Assembly: GCA_964016885.1 (NCBI GenBank)
Contig: CAXHJY010000992.1
Location: forward strand, 85,786-149,785
Length of the DNA stretch: 64,000 nucleotides
From: Eledone cirrhosa
Lineage: Eukaryota
Reading direction: 5' to 3'
The notes below the pieces were generated by a model. The model did not search any database, was not told where the DNA came from, and saw only the letters and a program-made list of their open reading frames with translations. This document shows positions 42,149 to 56,398 of this stretch, piece by piece; positions within the stretch are counted from its first letter, which is position 1; each line of letters starts with the position of its first letter. The position numbers and the translations under genes were made by a program.

Positions 42149-44282
42149 ATGGACAAATACCCTTTGGACTACTCTGTAAAGAATATCCCAACACCTTCTA
42201 ACACTCTCTACACGAAAATACTGATAGACAAAGTAGAGAGGGTTGTTAAAAGAATGAGATGGAAAGCTTTGATTCTCGATGGTCAATTTAACACGGATTC
42301 TACGAAATATTTTGACATCAAAACTCACAAATACCCGCAAAGAGTAAAAGATATGACCGCCTTTGAATTAGACCTAGTTAACCTTATCAACAACATCAAT
42401 TTTCGTAAGTACTCTAACCCCTTTCAATCTAAATTATCTAATGATATTTCTACTTTCAAATCTTCTAATAATAAGTTCATCTTCTCAGATAAAACTAAAA
42501 ACCTATACGAAGTTAATAATAATTTACACGACCAACTATTAATAGACAATATCACCTTTAAATACCAAATAGCTAATATAAATACGTACCATAATATAAA
42601 TAAGGAAGCTAAAGAATTAGCTGTTTCTTTAAAAATAGATAATAGGACAGAAAAACTTGCTAAACGTTCTGCGTATATCACCCTTAAAGATCATAAACCC
42701 GACTTTATTAATCGCCCTAGTTGTAGATTAATCAACCCTGCTAAGACCGATATTGGTCTTGCCAGCAAAAAAATTTTAAATAAATTAAATACACACATTA
42801 GAAGTAAGTCTAAATTACTCCAATGGATAAATAGCTCTTCCGTAGTACATTGGTTTAATAATATTAAAAACAAAATCAGTTCTAGATTCACCCAATTTGA
42901 CATCGTAGATTTCTACCCATCTATTACTCAGACCCTTTTAGTGAAAGTTTTAAATTTCGCTAGAGGGTTCACTAATATCTCCGATATTGAAGAGGATGTC
43001 ATCTTGCATGCTAGGAACACTCTACTTTTTAATGATAATGACACTTGGGTAAAAATATCTAACCCAGAGAACCCATTCGATGTCTCAATGGGCTCTTATG
43101 ACAGTGCCGAGGTTTGTGATCTGGTCGGCCTATTCCTCTTACATACACTTAAAGAAAAATTTCCTAACCATATTTTTGGGCTTTATCGCGATGATGGTCT
43201 AATACTTTCCCATACCACCATAGGCCATAACTTAGATAGATTAAGGAAAGACTTAATAAAAACCTTCGCTAGTTTTAATCTTAAAATTACTATTGACACT
43301 AACCTTTCCAACGTAGATTTCCTAGATATAAACCTAGATCTGCCTACTGCTTCTTATAAACCATACCATAAACCTAATGAAAACTTAAAATATATAAATA
43401 AAGGATCTTGCCATCCACCTATAGTTTTTAAAAACCTTATCCCTAATATTAAGCCGTAGGATCTCCACCCTCCCTTCCTCAGAAGCTATTTTTAATAAGG
43501 CATCCCCCTACTATAATAAAGCCCTCCAAAATAGCGGCTTTAGCGAACCGATTAAATACATACCTAACTACACTAACTCTATTAAACATAAAAATAGGAA
43601 AAATAATCTGGTTCACACCCCCTACTCTCTAGCAGTTAAAACTAATGTAGGCAAAAAATTCCTAGAACTCCTAGATAAACATTTCCCTAGAACACATAGA
43701 TACTATAAGATCTTTAACAGAAACTGTGTTAAAATTAGCTATTCCTGCGGTCCCCCTATTAAGTCCTATATCCTCAACAAAATATCACCTAGAGAAAATC
43801 AAACTTGCTCTTGTAGAATCAAAAGTGAATGCCCATTACAAGGTAAATGCAACACCAAAGCCATTGTATATGCGGCTAAAGTGACAACCATCAGCAACAA
43901 CCATCCAGCCACCAGTGAACGATATGTGGGTATGACGCAAGACAGATTCAAAACGCGTTATTACTCACATGTCGCATCCTTTCGACATCCAGAAAAAAGA
44001 TTTACAACAGCTCTGGCTAGCAGAATATGGGATTTGAAAGACCAAGGCATCCAATATAAACTAGATTGGTCAATTTTGAACCAATCTAAAAAATATGCTA
44101 GAGGAACAAGAAAATGCAAGCTCTGCATAAATGAAAAATTTTGGATATTGCAAAATCTTAAATCACCAAAGACCTGCCTGAACACAAAGACGGAAATTTT
44201 CACCAGTTGCCCACACATGAAATCACACCTGCTTTCCAGCTCATATAAACTTAACACACTTTCAGATACTTATCCTCCATAA
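42149..44282 (+). pseudogene. PLE RT + GIY-YIG ORF broken by three apparent 1-nt indels (~43451, ~43601, ~43620)
   Basis: YSVKNIP, KRMRWKA, RLINPAK, FDIVDFYPSI, MGSYDSAE, YRDDGL, VDFLDI; CSC..CPLQGKC, IVY...YVG, CKLC..EK, LN...CPH. Confidence 0.9.
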
Positions 44283-45423
44283 ACTCTTATTATTCTCTTT
44301 TTAATTACCCTTTCTGACTTACTTTCATTTTTATCCTTGTCAATAATTTCATTTATTTTCACTTCACACCCCCCCCCCCCCTTTATTCTCCGATCCACTT
44401 CCTATTTTCTATTTTTTACTTCCCTTTTTCCTCCACTAACTGATTACACTTGTCTTTTGTGTTTTTCAATCCAGATATTTTCATTTTTATTTTATTTTTG
44501 CGCAGCCTATCTTACAATTTTATATTTGTACTTATTTATCCACATTTCAATATGGCTGAACGCCTTAATGTGTGTATACTTTTTATATATGTACATGAGT
44601 GACTACGTATGTGCGCGCGCGTGCGTGTGTGTATGTGTGTGTATGTGTGTGTGTGTGTATGTGTATATGTGTGTGTACAGGTGTTTGTGTGTGTGTGTAT
44701 GTATATATTATGCGTATGTGTACGTGTCTTTATATCCGTGTTTTTGACATCTCGGTTTTATGTTTTGTTCCTTTTTTCTTCTCCCCCCCCCTTCCTTTTT
44801 TTACTTACTCAGTTTCATACGTGGGCATGTAAACAGGTTTATATGCGTGAGTATAGGTATGTGTGTGTGTGTGTGTGTGTGTATGTACGTATCGAACGTA
44901 TGGAAGTGTAAGTGCGCGTGTCTATATAAGCATAATTATTTTTACATTTCTTTTGTGAGACACGCGTGTCTGTGTATGTATATACACCCCTTTTTTTGTT
45001 TTCTTTAATTTTTTCTTTCTAATTTATCGTTATTATATTTTTATAAATATATCGAGACTGACCCTTTTCTTTTAATTATTACACTCCCTTACCTCCTTTC
45101 TTTCCGCACCTAAGCGTACGAGTGTCCAGGCGTTTTATGCGCGCGCCTTCATGTTCGTATATTTACGATGTAACCATTTCTGTTTGTATAATACAGACAT
45201 ATAGCTACATTTGCCCTATTTTAGAATTACGCACACTTTCTCACGATACATGTACATGTACACATATACATATATGCACATCTGTGAGCGTATATACATA
45301 CATATACACACACCTAACTATATTTCTTGATAGATTTTTATATATTTCAATTTCTATTTCATTTATCTATATCTTTTTATGATTTTCTTGATGTGTTTTT
45401 CTAAGTATTTGCCCATGTTTTAT

Positions 45424-45501
45424 ATTGCCTCGTCTGACGAACGAATGAAGTCGTTTATTTCGTATTCGCCTCATTCGGGAAACCTCTGGTAATGAGGTAA
45501 T
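45424..45501 (+). ncRNA. Type I hammerhead ribozyme in the 3' pLTR
   Basis: Same fold as 41852-41929 with CTGACGA core; predicted cut after 45491. Confidence 0.8.
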
Positions 45502-45525
45502 TATATTGTATTGATTTTTATACAT

Positions 45526-45610
<85 letters not shown>

Positions 45611-46420
45611 GTTAGCTATCATCAGCACCGTATACCCATCTGCCAGATAGTTGAACGTTCGAAAGTATATACTTTCCTTATGAAAATTAACGGCTGAGCA
45701 GCATAATTTGCATATCGAGTGAGTTAAATCGGTCAGGCGCACCGAAAACGATGAGTGGTAATAAAATGAAAACGAAATTTCATTTCTCACTCTTAGTACG
45801 GCACTTACTTAAATGTAAGTATGTATGTATACGTACATACATATATGTATACAGACGTACAGTAGTATGCATATATATATATATATATATATATACGTGT
45901 ATATATATATATATATATACATGTATATATATATATATACATGTATATATATATATATACATGTATATATATATATATATATACATGTATATATATATAT
46001 ATATATATACATGTGTAAGTATGTATGTATACGTACATACATATATGTATACAGACGTACAGTAGCATGCACATATATATATATATATATATACATATAT
46101 ACATACAGGTACACATACATATATGCACGCATCAGTTTAGCGGACGCTTATTATAGCGCCCGCTTTGTACGTTTGTACGTTTGTACTTTCGAACGTTCAA
46201 CTATCTGGCAGATGGGTAAACGGTGCTGATGATAGCTAACAAGCTTGAAACGAGTACATCGTTCCTGTGTCAGTGTTGAACAAAAAGGTGACGTGGTTGC
46301 CTTAACACCGTGCGGCATAAATTCAGGCTGTTCAGTTTGTTTACAAACGAACAAAGCGGGCGCTATAATAAGCGTCCACTAAACTGATGTGTGCATATAT
46401 GTATGTGTAACTGTATGTAT
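45611..46420. repeat. Two interleaved inverted repeats A-B-A'-B'
   Basis: 45611-45667 vs 46184-46240; ~46110-46167 vs ~46352-46410. Confidence 0.85.
46196..46280 (+). ncRNA. Type I hammerhead motif
   Basis: CTGATGA-T-AGCT-AACA-AGCT-T-GAA-ACGA-GTACA-TCGT-T; distal helices CTGGCA/TGTCAG and TTCAAC/GTTGAA; proximal stem I imperfect. Confidence 0.65.
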
Positions 46421-46454
46421 ATATGTATATATATATACATATACATATATATAT

Positions 46455-46616
46455 ATCATCATCATTCATCATCATTTCATTTTACGTCCACTTTTCCCTG
46501 CTTGCAAGGGTGGGACGGGAACTGATTCTGGCTTGATTTCTACAGCTGGATGCCCTTCCTAACACCAACCTCATTTACAGTGAGTGCTGGGTGCTTTTTT
46601 GCCGTGGCACCTCCAC
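46455..46616 (-). mobile_element. SINE tail fragment, same family as 13143-13487
   Basis: Reverse complement of 13331-13480. Confidence 0.85.
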
Positions 46617-47054
46617 ATATATATATATATATAGATATATATATATACATATATATATATAGATATATATATATACATATATATATAGAGATATATATAT
46701 ATACATATATATATATAGATATATATATATACATATATATATATAGATATATACATATATATATATAGATATATATATATACATATATATATATAGATAT
46801 ATATATATACATATAGATATATATATATACATATATATACATATAGATATATATATATACATATATATATATACATATATATATATAGATATATATATAT
46901 ACATATATATAGATATATATATATACATATATATATATAGATATATAGATATACATATATATATATATAGATATATATATATACATATATATATATAGAT
47001 ATATAGATATACATATATATATATATAGATATATATATATACATATATATATAC

Positions 47055-47085
<31 letters not shown>

Positions 47086-47132
47086 GATATACATATATAT
47101 ATATATAGATATATATATATACATATATATAT
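46617..47132. repeat. (TA)n array with TAGA/TACA interruptions
   Basis: Direct observation. Confidence 0.95.
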
Positions 47133-47193
47133 AGCGGCGATGAATTAGTTTTGCGAGGTTTTTTATATGAAATCGTGTGTCGAAACAGATATT

Positions 47194-48362
47194 GTTATAT
47201 TTGGGGAGGGTCATATTTGCGTAATATTGCCAGAATTAATAACAGAACACACTCACTGTTTGGTTGGTTTTCGCTTCTCGCTGTCTTTTATATATATATA
47301 TCTGCGATCTAACTTACTCGGTCCTCAATGTTGCCATTGACTGACCGGCGGTCAAAAATAATACAGATACAATATAGACAAACACATATATATATAGTTT
47401 ACATAAATCTTTCGTTGCACATCTGCAACATCGTCAGTGGTGTTATATTCATTGTTCCTCCTGTTGTGTTGTATGTCTACGCCATTTTTTTTGTTCAGTC
47501 TGTCTATATATTTATTTATTTATTTGCTTGTTTGTTTATCTTATTTTATTTTGTCTTCTTTGCGCATGCGTTTGCGTGTGTGTATAGTGTTATGTGTGAT
47601 GTGTGACTAGTGTGTATCGTGTTGTGTCTGCTGGGTGACTAGTGTGTGTTTATGTGCTTGTGTATGTATTTATTTATCTTATTTTATTTAATTTAATTTA
47701 CTTATTTATTTATACTTCTCTTAGGTCAGTGTTGTTTGTTTGGGTGTTGTTGTTGTTCCACTCATTCTTTCTGTTTAGCTTACAGAAAGAATGAGTGGAA
47801 CAACAACAACACCCAAACAAACAACACTGACCTAAGAGAAGTATAAATAAATAAGTAAATTAAATTAAATAAAATAAGATAAATAAATACATACACAAGC
47901 ACATAAACACACACTAGTCACCCAGCAGACACAACACGATACACACTAGTCACACATCACACATAACACTATACACACACGCAAACGCATGCGCAAAGAA
48001 GACAAAATAAAATAAGATAAACAAACAAGCAAATAAATAAATAAATATATAGACAGACTGAACAAAAAAAATGGCGTAGACATACAACACAACAGGAGGA
48101 ACAATGAATATAACACCACTGACGATGTTGCAGATGTGCAACGAAAGATTTATGTAAACTATATATATATGTGTTTGTCTATATTGTATCTGTATTATTT
48201 TTGACCGCCGGTCAGTCAATGGCAACATTGAGGACCGAGTAAGTTAGATCGCAGATATATATATATAAAAGACAGCGAGAAGCGAAAACCAACCAAACAG
48301 TGAGTGTGTTCTGTTATTAATTCTGGCAATATTACGCAAATATGACCCTCCCCAAATATAAC
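47194..48362. repeat. 1.17-kb palindrome, 581-bp arms, 7-nt loop
   Basis: 47194-47774 vs 47782-48362; identical 92-aa ORFs on opposite strands support arm identity. Confidence 0.97.
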
Positions 48363-48375
48363 CATATATATATAC

Positions 48376-48414
<39 letters not shown>

Positions 48415-48491
48415 CATATATATATACATACATATATACATACATATATATATACATATATATATATATACATATATATACATATATATAC

Positions 48492-48554
<63 letters not shown>

Positions 48555-48594
48555 CATATATATATATACATATATATATACATATATATATATA

Positions 48595-50006
48595 TATTTA
48601 TTATTGCCCTTCAGGCCATAACAGAGGAGTTCAAGACAGGCTGCCCATGGGAACTCCTATACGCAGACGACCTGACACTCATAGCGGAATCAATGGCCGA
48701 GCTAGAGAAGAAATTCCAAACATGGAAGCACGGCCTAGAGTCAAAAGGACTTAAAATTAACCTGGCTAAGACCAAAGTACTAGTTTGTAGGAAAGAAAAC
48801 AAGGCGGCGGTCCCTTCTGGGAAATGGTCGTGCTCGGTGTGTAGGAAAGGCGTAGGTAGAAACTCCATTTTATGTCCTAAATGCAAAGTATGGGTGCATA
48901 AAAGATGTAGTGGGATCACAGGTAGGCTAACTAAGAACATAGATTTTACATGTGGCCGGTGCTCTGGTGCAATAAGTAGCAGCAAGTGCCCACAAACTAC
49001 TAGCTCTTTCAATTGCGCAGAGGGTTCTATAGAAATAGTGGACAGCTTCCGTTACCTGGGCGATAAAATCAGCAGTGGGGGAGGGTGCTCTGAAAGTACT
49101 GTAGCTAGAGTCAGAACTGGTTGGAAAAAGTTCAGAGAGCTTATACCACTATTAGCTGCTAAAGGGTTCTCACTAAAAATGAAAGGCAGGTTGTACGATG
49201 CCTGCATACGAACAGCAATGCTGCATGGCAGTGAGACCTGGGCATTGTGTGCAGAGGATATACGCAGACTAGAGAGGAACGAAGCTTGCATGCTCCGCTG
49301 GATGTGTAACAGTAATATACGTGAACGGCAAAGCATAAACGAACTAAGGAATAAATTAGAGATAAGAGGGATCAGATGTTGTTTACTCGAGAGAAGGCTA
49401 CGTTGGTATGGACACGTGATGCGCATGAAAGTCGATAGCTGTATAACAAAGTGCAGGGCAATAAAGATAGACGGTAGTCACGGAATAGGCAGACCTAGAA
49501 AAACCTGGGACGAGCTGATAAACTCCGACATCACACACTTACACCTCTCCAAGACAATGTCACTGGACCGAGACCTTTGGCGGTACTCAGTAACAGAGAA
49601 GACCCGCCTTACCTAAATATAGTAAAACCTACTCCAGCCAGTAGGCATCTCTAACAAATACACCCCGTCCCACCACCCCCACCCGATCCACACCACCCCG
49701 TTCTATGTAAAGTTATGTTGGTGCCGCGCCATCGAGGCCGAAACAAATGAGATCGTGTAGGTGTCACGACAAAAAAACACACAGTCCACGCTGTAATGTG
49801 GCCGTGTAGGCAACACGGTAAAAACCTCCCAGACCCACACTGTAAATGTGGTTGGTGTTAGGAAGGGCATCCAACTGTAGAAAACCTGCCAGACAGTCCT
49901 ATGCGAGCAAGACAATCACTCTTGCCTCAAGTGGGACTACCCCCGTCCAAACCCATGCAAGCGTGGAACACGGACGTTAAACGCTGATGATGATGATGAT
50001 GATGAT
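48595..50006 (+). mobile_element. RTE family A 3' 1.4-kb fragment
   Basis: [12 protein letters not shown]...KTRLT, UTR, (ATG)n. Confidence 0.95.
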
Positions 50007-50562
<556 letters not shown>

Positions 50563-53500
50563 ATCATCATCATCAACGTTTAACGTCCGTGTTCCACGCT
50601 TGCATGGGTTTGGACGGGGGTAGTCCCACTTGAGGCAAGAGTGATTGTCTTGCTCGCATAGGACTGTCTGGCAGGTTTTCTACAGTTGGATACCCTTCCT
50701 AACACCAACCACATTTACAGTGTGGGTCTGGGAGGTTTTTACCGTGTTGCCTACACGGCCACATTACAGCGTGGACTGTGTGTTTTTTTGTCGTGACACC
50801 TACACGATCTCATTTGTTTCGGCCTCGATGGCGCGGCACCAACATAACTTTACATAGAACGGGGTGGTGTGGATGGGGTGGGGGTGGTGGTGGTGGGACA
50901 GGGTGTATTTTGTTAGAGATGCCTACTGGCTGGAGTAGGTTTTACTATATATTTAGGTAAGGCGGGTCTTCTCTGTTACTGAGTACCGCCAAAGGTCTCG
51001 GTCCAGTGACATTGTCTTGGAGAGGTGTAAGTGTGTGATGTCGGAGTTTATCAGCTCGTCCCAGGTTTTTCTAGGTCTGCCTATTCCGTGACTACCGTCT
51101 ATCTTTATTGCCCTGCACTTTGTTATACAGCTATCGACTTTCATGCGCATCACGTGTCCATACCAACGTAGCTTTCTCTCGAGTAAACAACATCTGATCC
51201 CTCTTATCTCTAATTTTTTCCTTAGTTCGTTTATGCTTTGCCGTTCACGTATATTACTGTTACACATCCAGCGGAGCATGCAAGCTTCGTTCCTCTCTAG
51301 TCTGCGTATATCCTCTGCACACAATGCCCAGGTCTCACTGCCATGCAGCATTGCTGTTCGTATGCAGGCATCGTACAACCTGCCTTTCATTTTTAGGGAG
51401 AACCCTTTAGCAGCTAATAGTGGTATAAGCTCTCTGAACTTTTTCCAACCAGTTCTGACTCTAGCTACAGTACTTTCAGAGCACCCTCCCCCACTGCTGA
51501 TTTTATCGCCCAGGTAACGGAAGCTGTCCACTATTTCTATAGAACCCTCTGCGCAATTGAAAGAGCTAGTATTTTGTGGGCACTTGCTGCTACTTATTGC
51601 ACCAGAACACCGGCCACATGTAAAATCTATGTTCTTAGTTAGCTTACCTGTGATCCCACTACATCTTTTATGCACCCATACTTTGCATTTAGGACATAAA
51701 ATGGAGTGTCTACCAACACCTTTCCTACACACCGAGCACGACCATTTCCCAGAAGGGACCGCCGCCTTGTTTTCTTTCCTACAAACTAGAACTTTAGTCT
51801 TAGCCAGGTTAATTTTAAGTCCTTTTGACTCTAGGCCGTGCTTCCATGTTTGGAATTTCTTCTCTAGCTCGGCCATTGATTCCGCTATGAGTGTCAGGTC
51901 GTCTGCGTATAGGAGTTCCCATGGGCAGCCGGTCTTGAACTCCTCTGTTATAGCCTGAAGGGCAATAATAAATAGTAGGGGGCTGAGAACAGAGCCCTGA
52001 TGGACGCCAACTTTTACGCTAAACTCTTCACTATATTCGTTGTTAATTCTAACCTTGCTGACTGTTTCTTTATACATGGCTTGTATAGCCCTCACAAGCC
52101 ATTCATCAACGCCTAGTTTTCTAAGAGCCCACCAGATAATGGAGCGGGGGACTCTGTCGAAGGCTTTCTCCAAGTCGACAAAAGCTAAGTAGAGGGGTTT
52201 ACCTTTAGCTAGGTACTTCTCCTGTAGTTGTCGTACTATGAAAAGAGCGTCTGTGGTACTTTTGCCTGACACAAACCCGAACTGCATTTCATCTAGATCA
52301 ATTCTCTCTCTGATTAGTTGCGCTATTACTTTTTCCGTGACCTTCATGACCTGGTCGATTAATTTAATGCCTCTATAGTTACTCCTATCTAGTGCGTCTC
52401 CTTTACCCTTATAACAGTTAACGATGATGCTGCAATGCCAGTCCTTCGGAACAACCCCATTCTGTACGACTTGGTTAACTATGCGGGTGACCATGGTGTG
52501 TCCCACCGTGCCAGATGCCTTCAGCATCTCAGCAACTATTTCCGAAGGCCCAGCCGCCTTACCCGTCTTCATATCCTTGATTGCCTTACTTATTATACTC
52601 CCCTCGACTAACACTGCTGGTCCCTCTATTGGGTCGATATGGGGGAGACTGTCTTTCTCCCATTTATTCACCTCATTTAGTAGCCTTTCATAGTGACACT
52701 TCCAAGCTACCTTCTTATCAGCGTCGGTGATGGCAAGTGTGCCATCGTCGTTTAGTACACACTTCTCCCCGACAATGTCACGGTTTTCCTTGACGCATTG
52801 CCTAGCAATCCTGAACACCTCACGTTTTTGGTCATCGCGTTGTAGAACATGCTTGAACTTTCTTTCCTCAGCTTCCCTTCTTGCTAAGTACACTTGTCTC
52901 CTAGCTTCCCTCCTGGCCACTTGATAGTCCTCTCTACTTCCCCCATCCCGCCATACTTTCCAAGCCTGCTTTTTGGCCTTAATTGACCCCTCCACCTTAC
53001 TGTTCCACCACCATGTTACTCTCCTCCTGCCTACAGGCCTGCTCCAGCCACAGACTTCGTCTGTCGCCAACAGCAGGTTTGCTTTCAGAAATTCCCACTC
53101 TCCCTCTATATTGTCCGACTCTAAATGTTCTTCCTTACTGTCGAAAGCATCAAGTAATATGCTTTGAAATTTATTCCTGGCTGTGGGGTCCTTTAGCTTC
53201 CATATTTTTCTCCTGAGGATAGTCCTCTTCTGCTGTCGAGTACGTCTCGTCCTGACTATGAGGTCGCTAATTATCAGTCTATGTTGGGAGGTGCATTCTT
53301 CATGGGGGAGGGATTTAGTGTTTACAACAGACACTCTGTCACGTCTTCTGGTAAGGATATAATCTACCTGGCTTGTGTGTTCCCCGGATCTATAGGTGAT
53401 CAGGTGATTGTCACGTTTTTTGAAGTTAGTGTTACAGATAGTTAGGTTATTTGCATCACAGAATTCCAGGATTCTGGAGCCTTCCTCATTTCTAGTACCA

Positions 53501-54500
53501 AACCCATAGCCTCCATGGATTTCGTCGTAGCCGTCACAATGTTGTCCAACGTGACCATTTAGGTCGCCTGCGATAATTATATAGTCACTGTCGGATATTT
53601 GGGAGGTAGTTAGCATCAGTGTCTCATAGAATCTGTCTTTTATAGTGCCGGGCAGTCCGGATTGGGGTGCGTACGCAGATATTACTGTCACCGTAGTTCT
53701 ATTGAGGACAAGTCGTATTTTAATTATTCTGTCGTTCACTCTATTTACGTCTATTATCTTATCTGCCCACTTTTCTGCTACCATGATTCCTACTCCACCC
53801 AGCCCATCGTCGTTTCCCACCCAGAAAAGCTTATAACATCGTTTTTTACCCTCAATGAACCTAGCAGACCCACCCCTCCACCTGGTCTCTTGAATACAAC
53901 AAACATCGACCTCCTTACGTCCAAGCATTTCTACAACCTCGTTAGCGCGACCCTTTAGGGTGCCTACATTTATGGTACCAACTCTGAAGTTTTGGATTGC
54001 GTTTGGGGGTTGGGGGCGGTGGGGGGGCGGGGGGCGGTGGGGGGCGGGGGGCGATGGGGTTATGTTAGCCATCCGCAGTCGAAACAATGAGGAGTGCTTG
54101 CATTCTCGTCCAAGAGGTGAATTTGTCTTTATCTTTGGCATTGTCGCTGAGCGTCCAGATTTTTCTCTCTCTCTCCTCCACTCTCCAGGATTCCGCAGTC
54201 CATCCAACCATCCATCATATATCGAAAGGCAACCAGGCAAGCGATAGTATAGGCCTCTGGCTTCTGATTGGTCCGCGTAATAATACTGGTGATGCGTGGG
54301 GGCTCTGGCTTATGATTGGTACACGTAATAGCAGTGGTGGTGCGTGGGGGCGGGATGAAGGGGTGTTGGGTAGTTAGATAGGAGGTAATGATTTGAATGG
54401 GGTCCTTGCACATTTAACAAGCGATTAACAAAAATACAAAATTTGTTCTGTTCAATACGACCAAAAACTATCGTATCTAACAATTAATAAATACAAAAAA
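50563..54500 (-). mobile_element. Full-length or near full-length RTE LINE family A, copy 2
   Basis: As copy 1; (TA)n on both flanks. Confidence 0.95.
50953..54141 (-). CDS. RTE ORF: APE + RT + PHD-type finger (1062 aa from MPKIKT)
   Basis: Intact; differs from copy 1 by about ten substitutions and a 6-aa Pro-rich duplication. Confidence 0.95.
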   Translation of the reverse strand: MPKIKTNSPLGRECKHSSLFRLRMANITPSPPAPHRPPPPHRPQPPNAIQNFRVGTINVGTLKGRANEVVEMLGRKEVDVCCIQETRWRGGSARFIEGKKRCYKLFWVGNDDGLGGVGIMVAEKWADKIIDVNRVNDRIIKIRLVLNRTTVTVISAYAPQSGLPGTIKDRFYETLMLTTSQISDSDYIIIAGDLNGHVGQHCDGYDEIHGGYGFGTRNEEGSRILEFCDANNLTICNTNFKKRDNHLITYRSGEHTSQVDYILTRRRDRVSVVNTKSLPHEECTSQHRLIISDLIVRTRRTRQQKRTILRRKIWKLKDPTARNKFQSILLDAFDSKEEHLESDNIEGEWEFLKANLLLATDEVCGWSRPVGRRRVTWWWNSKVEGSIKAKKQAWKVWRDGGSREDYQVARREARRQVYLARREAEERKFKHVLQRDDQKREVFRIARQCVKENRDIVGEKCVLNDDGTLAITDADKKVAWKCHYERLLNEVNKWEKDSLPHIDPIEGPAVLVEGSIISKAIKDMKTGKAAGPSEIVAEMLKASGTVGHTMVTRIVNQVVQNGVVPKDWHCSIIVNCYKGKGDALDRSNYRGIKLIDQVMKVTEKVIAQLIRERIDLDEMQFGFVSGKSTTDALFIVRQLQEKYLAKGKPLYLAFVDLEKAFDRVPRSIIWWALRKLGVDEWLVRAIQAMYKETVSKVRINNEYSEEFSVKVGVHQGSVLSPLLFIIALQAITEEFKTGCPWELLYADDLTLIAESMAELEKKFQTWKHGLESKGLKINLAKTKVLVCRKENKAAVPSGKWSCSVCRKGVGRHSILCPKCKVWVHKRCSGITGKLTKNIDFTCGRCSGAISSSKCPQNTSSFNCAEGSIEIVDSFRYLGDKISSGGGCSESTVARVRTGWKKFRELIPLLAAKGFSLKMKGRLYDACIRTAMLHGSETWALCAEDIRRLERNEACMLRWMCNSNIRERQSINELRKKLEIRGIRCCLLERKLRWYGHVMRMKVDSCITKCRAIKIDGSHGIGRPRKTWDELINSDITHLHLSKTMSLDRDLWRYSVTEKTRLT

Positions 54501-55732
<1,232 letters not shown>

Positions 55733-55872
55733 TTAGAAAGTGAGGTTTTTTTTTTACAAAATGAAAAATAACCGAGGTGTCCTACACGAGTGGAAGTATA
55801 AAGAAAAAGGGATGAAATCGAAAATGCAACTGAAGTCTTATTTTTTTTTTAAATATATATATTTATTTGGTT

Positions 55873-55910
55873 CCTTTACCGGTTTCGCAGTTCTTCTGCT
55901 TTTCAAAAGG
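55873..55910 (-). ncRNA. Minimal hammerhead with U3-A8 compensatory core
   Basis: Minus strand CCTT-TTGAAAA-GCAG-AAGAA-CTGC-GAA-ACCGGT-A-AAGG. Confidence 0.7.
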
Positions 55911-56027
55911 TGAGTTGAGATGGAGGGTCTGTGGTTTTTCTCACATATATATATTTTTCTCATATATATATATATATGATGATATACATATATATATATA
56001 CATATACATATATATATATATATATAT

Positions 56028-56074
<47 letters not shown>

Positions 56075-56151
56075 TATATACATATATATATATACATATA
56101 TACATATATATATATATACATATATACATATATATATATATACATATATAC

Positions 56152-56198
<47 letters not shown>

Positions 56199-56327
56199 CA
56201 TATGTAGGAGGTGAGTTTTATTGTAGTACAATAAAGCAATGCAGATATCGGATAAGAAGCACTCTACAGTTTGTAGGACTGGAGTATACATAATATAAGA
56301 TCAAAAGATGGTTAAAGGAGTTCCATG

Positions 56328-56398
56328 TATTTTATTATGCGCATTTCAAAAACAAACATCATCATGCAATAATATTTGTGTTTTCATCAGATAAAACA
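56328..56398 (-). ncRNA. Hammerhead ribozyme with palindromic stem III
   Basis: TGTTTTAT-CTGATGA-(ACAAATATTATT/GATGATGTTTGT)-GAA-ATGCGCAT-A-ATAAAATA. Confidence 0.8.

Larger units (their letters stand above)
41141..45527 (+). mobile_element. Penelope-like element, Naiad-type, with direct pseudo-LTRs (41141-41955 and 44721-45527)
   Basis: Near-identical ~810-bp repeats each holding a hammerhead; RT plus C-terminal GIY-YIG; (TA)n on both flanks. Confidence 0.92.

Noticed and set aside
42149-44282. Selenocysteine recoding as reported for some Naiad elements
   Set aside because: Breaks are frameshifts leading to TAG; no in-frame TGA found and the Cys positions use TGC/TGT
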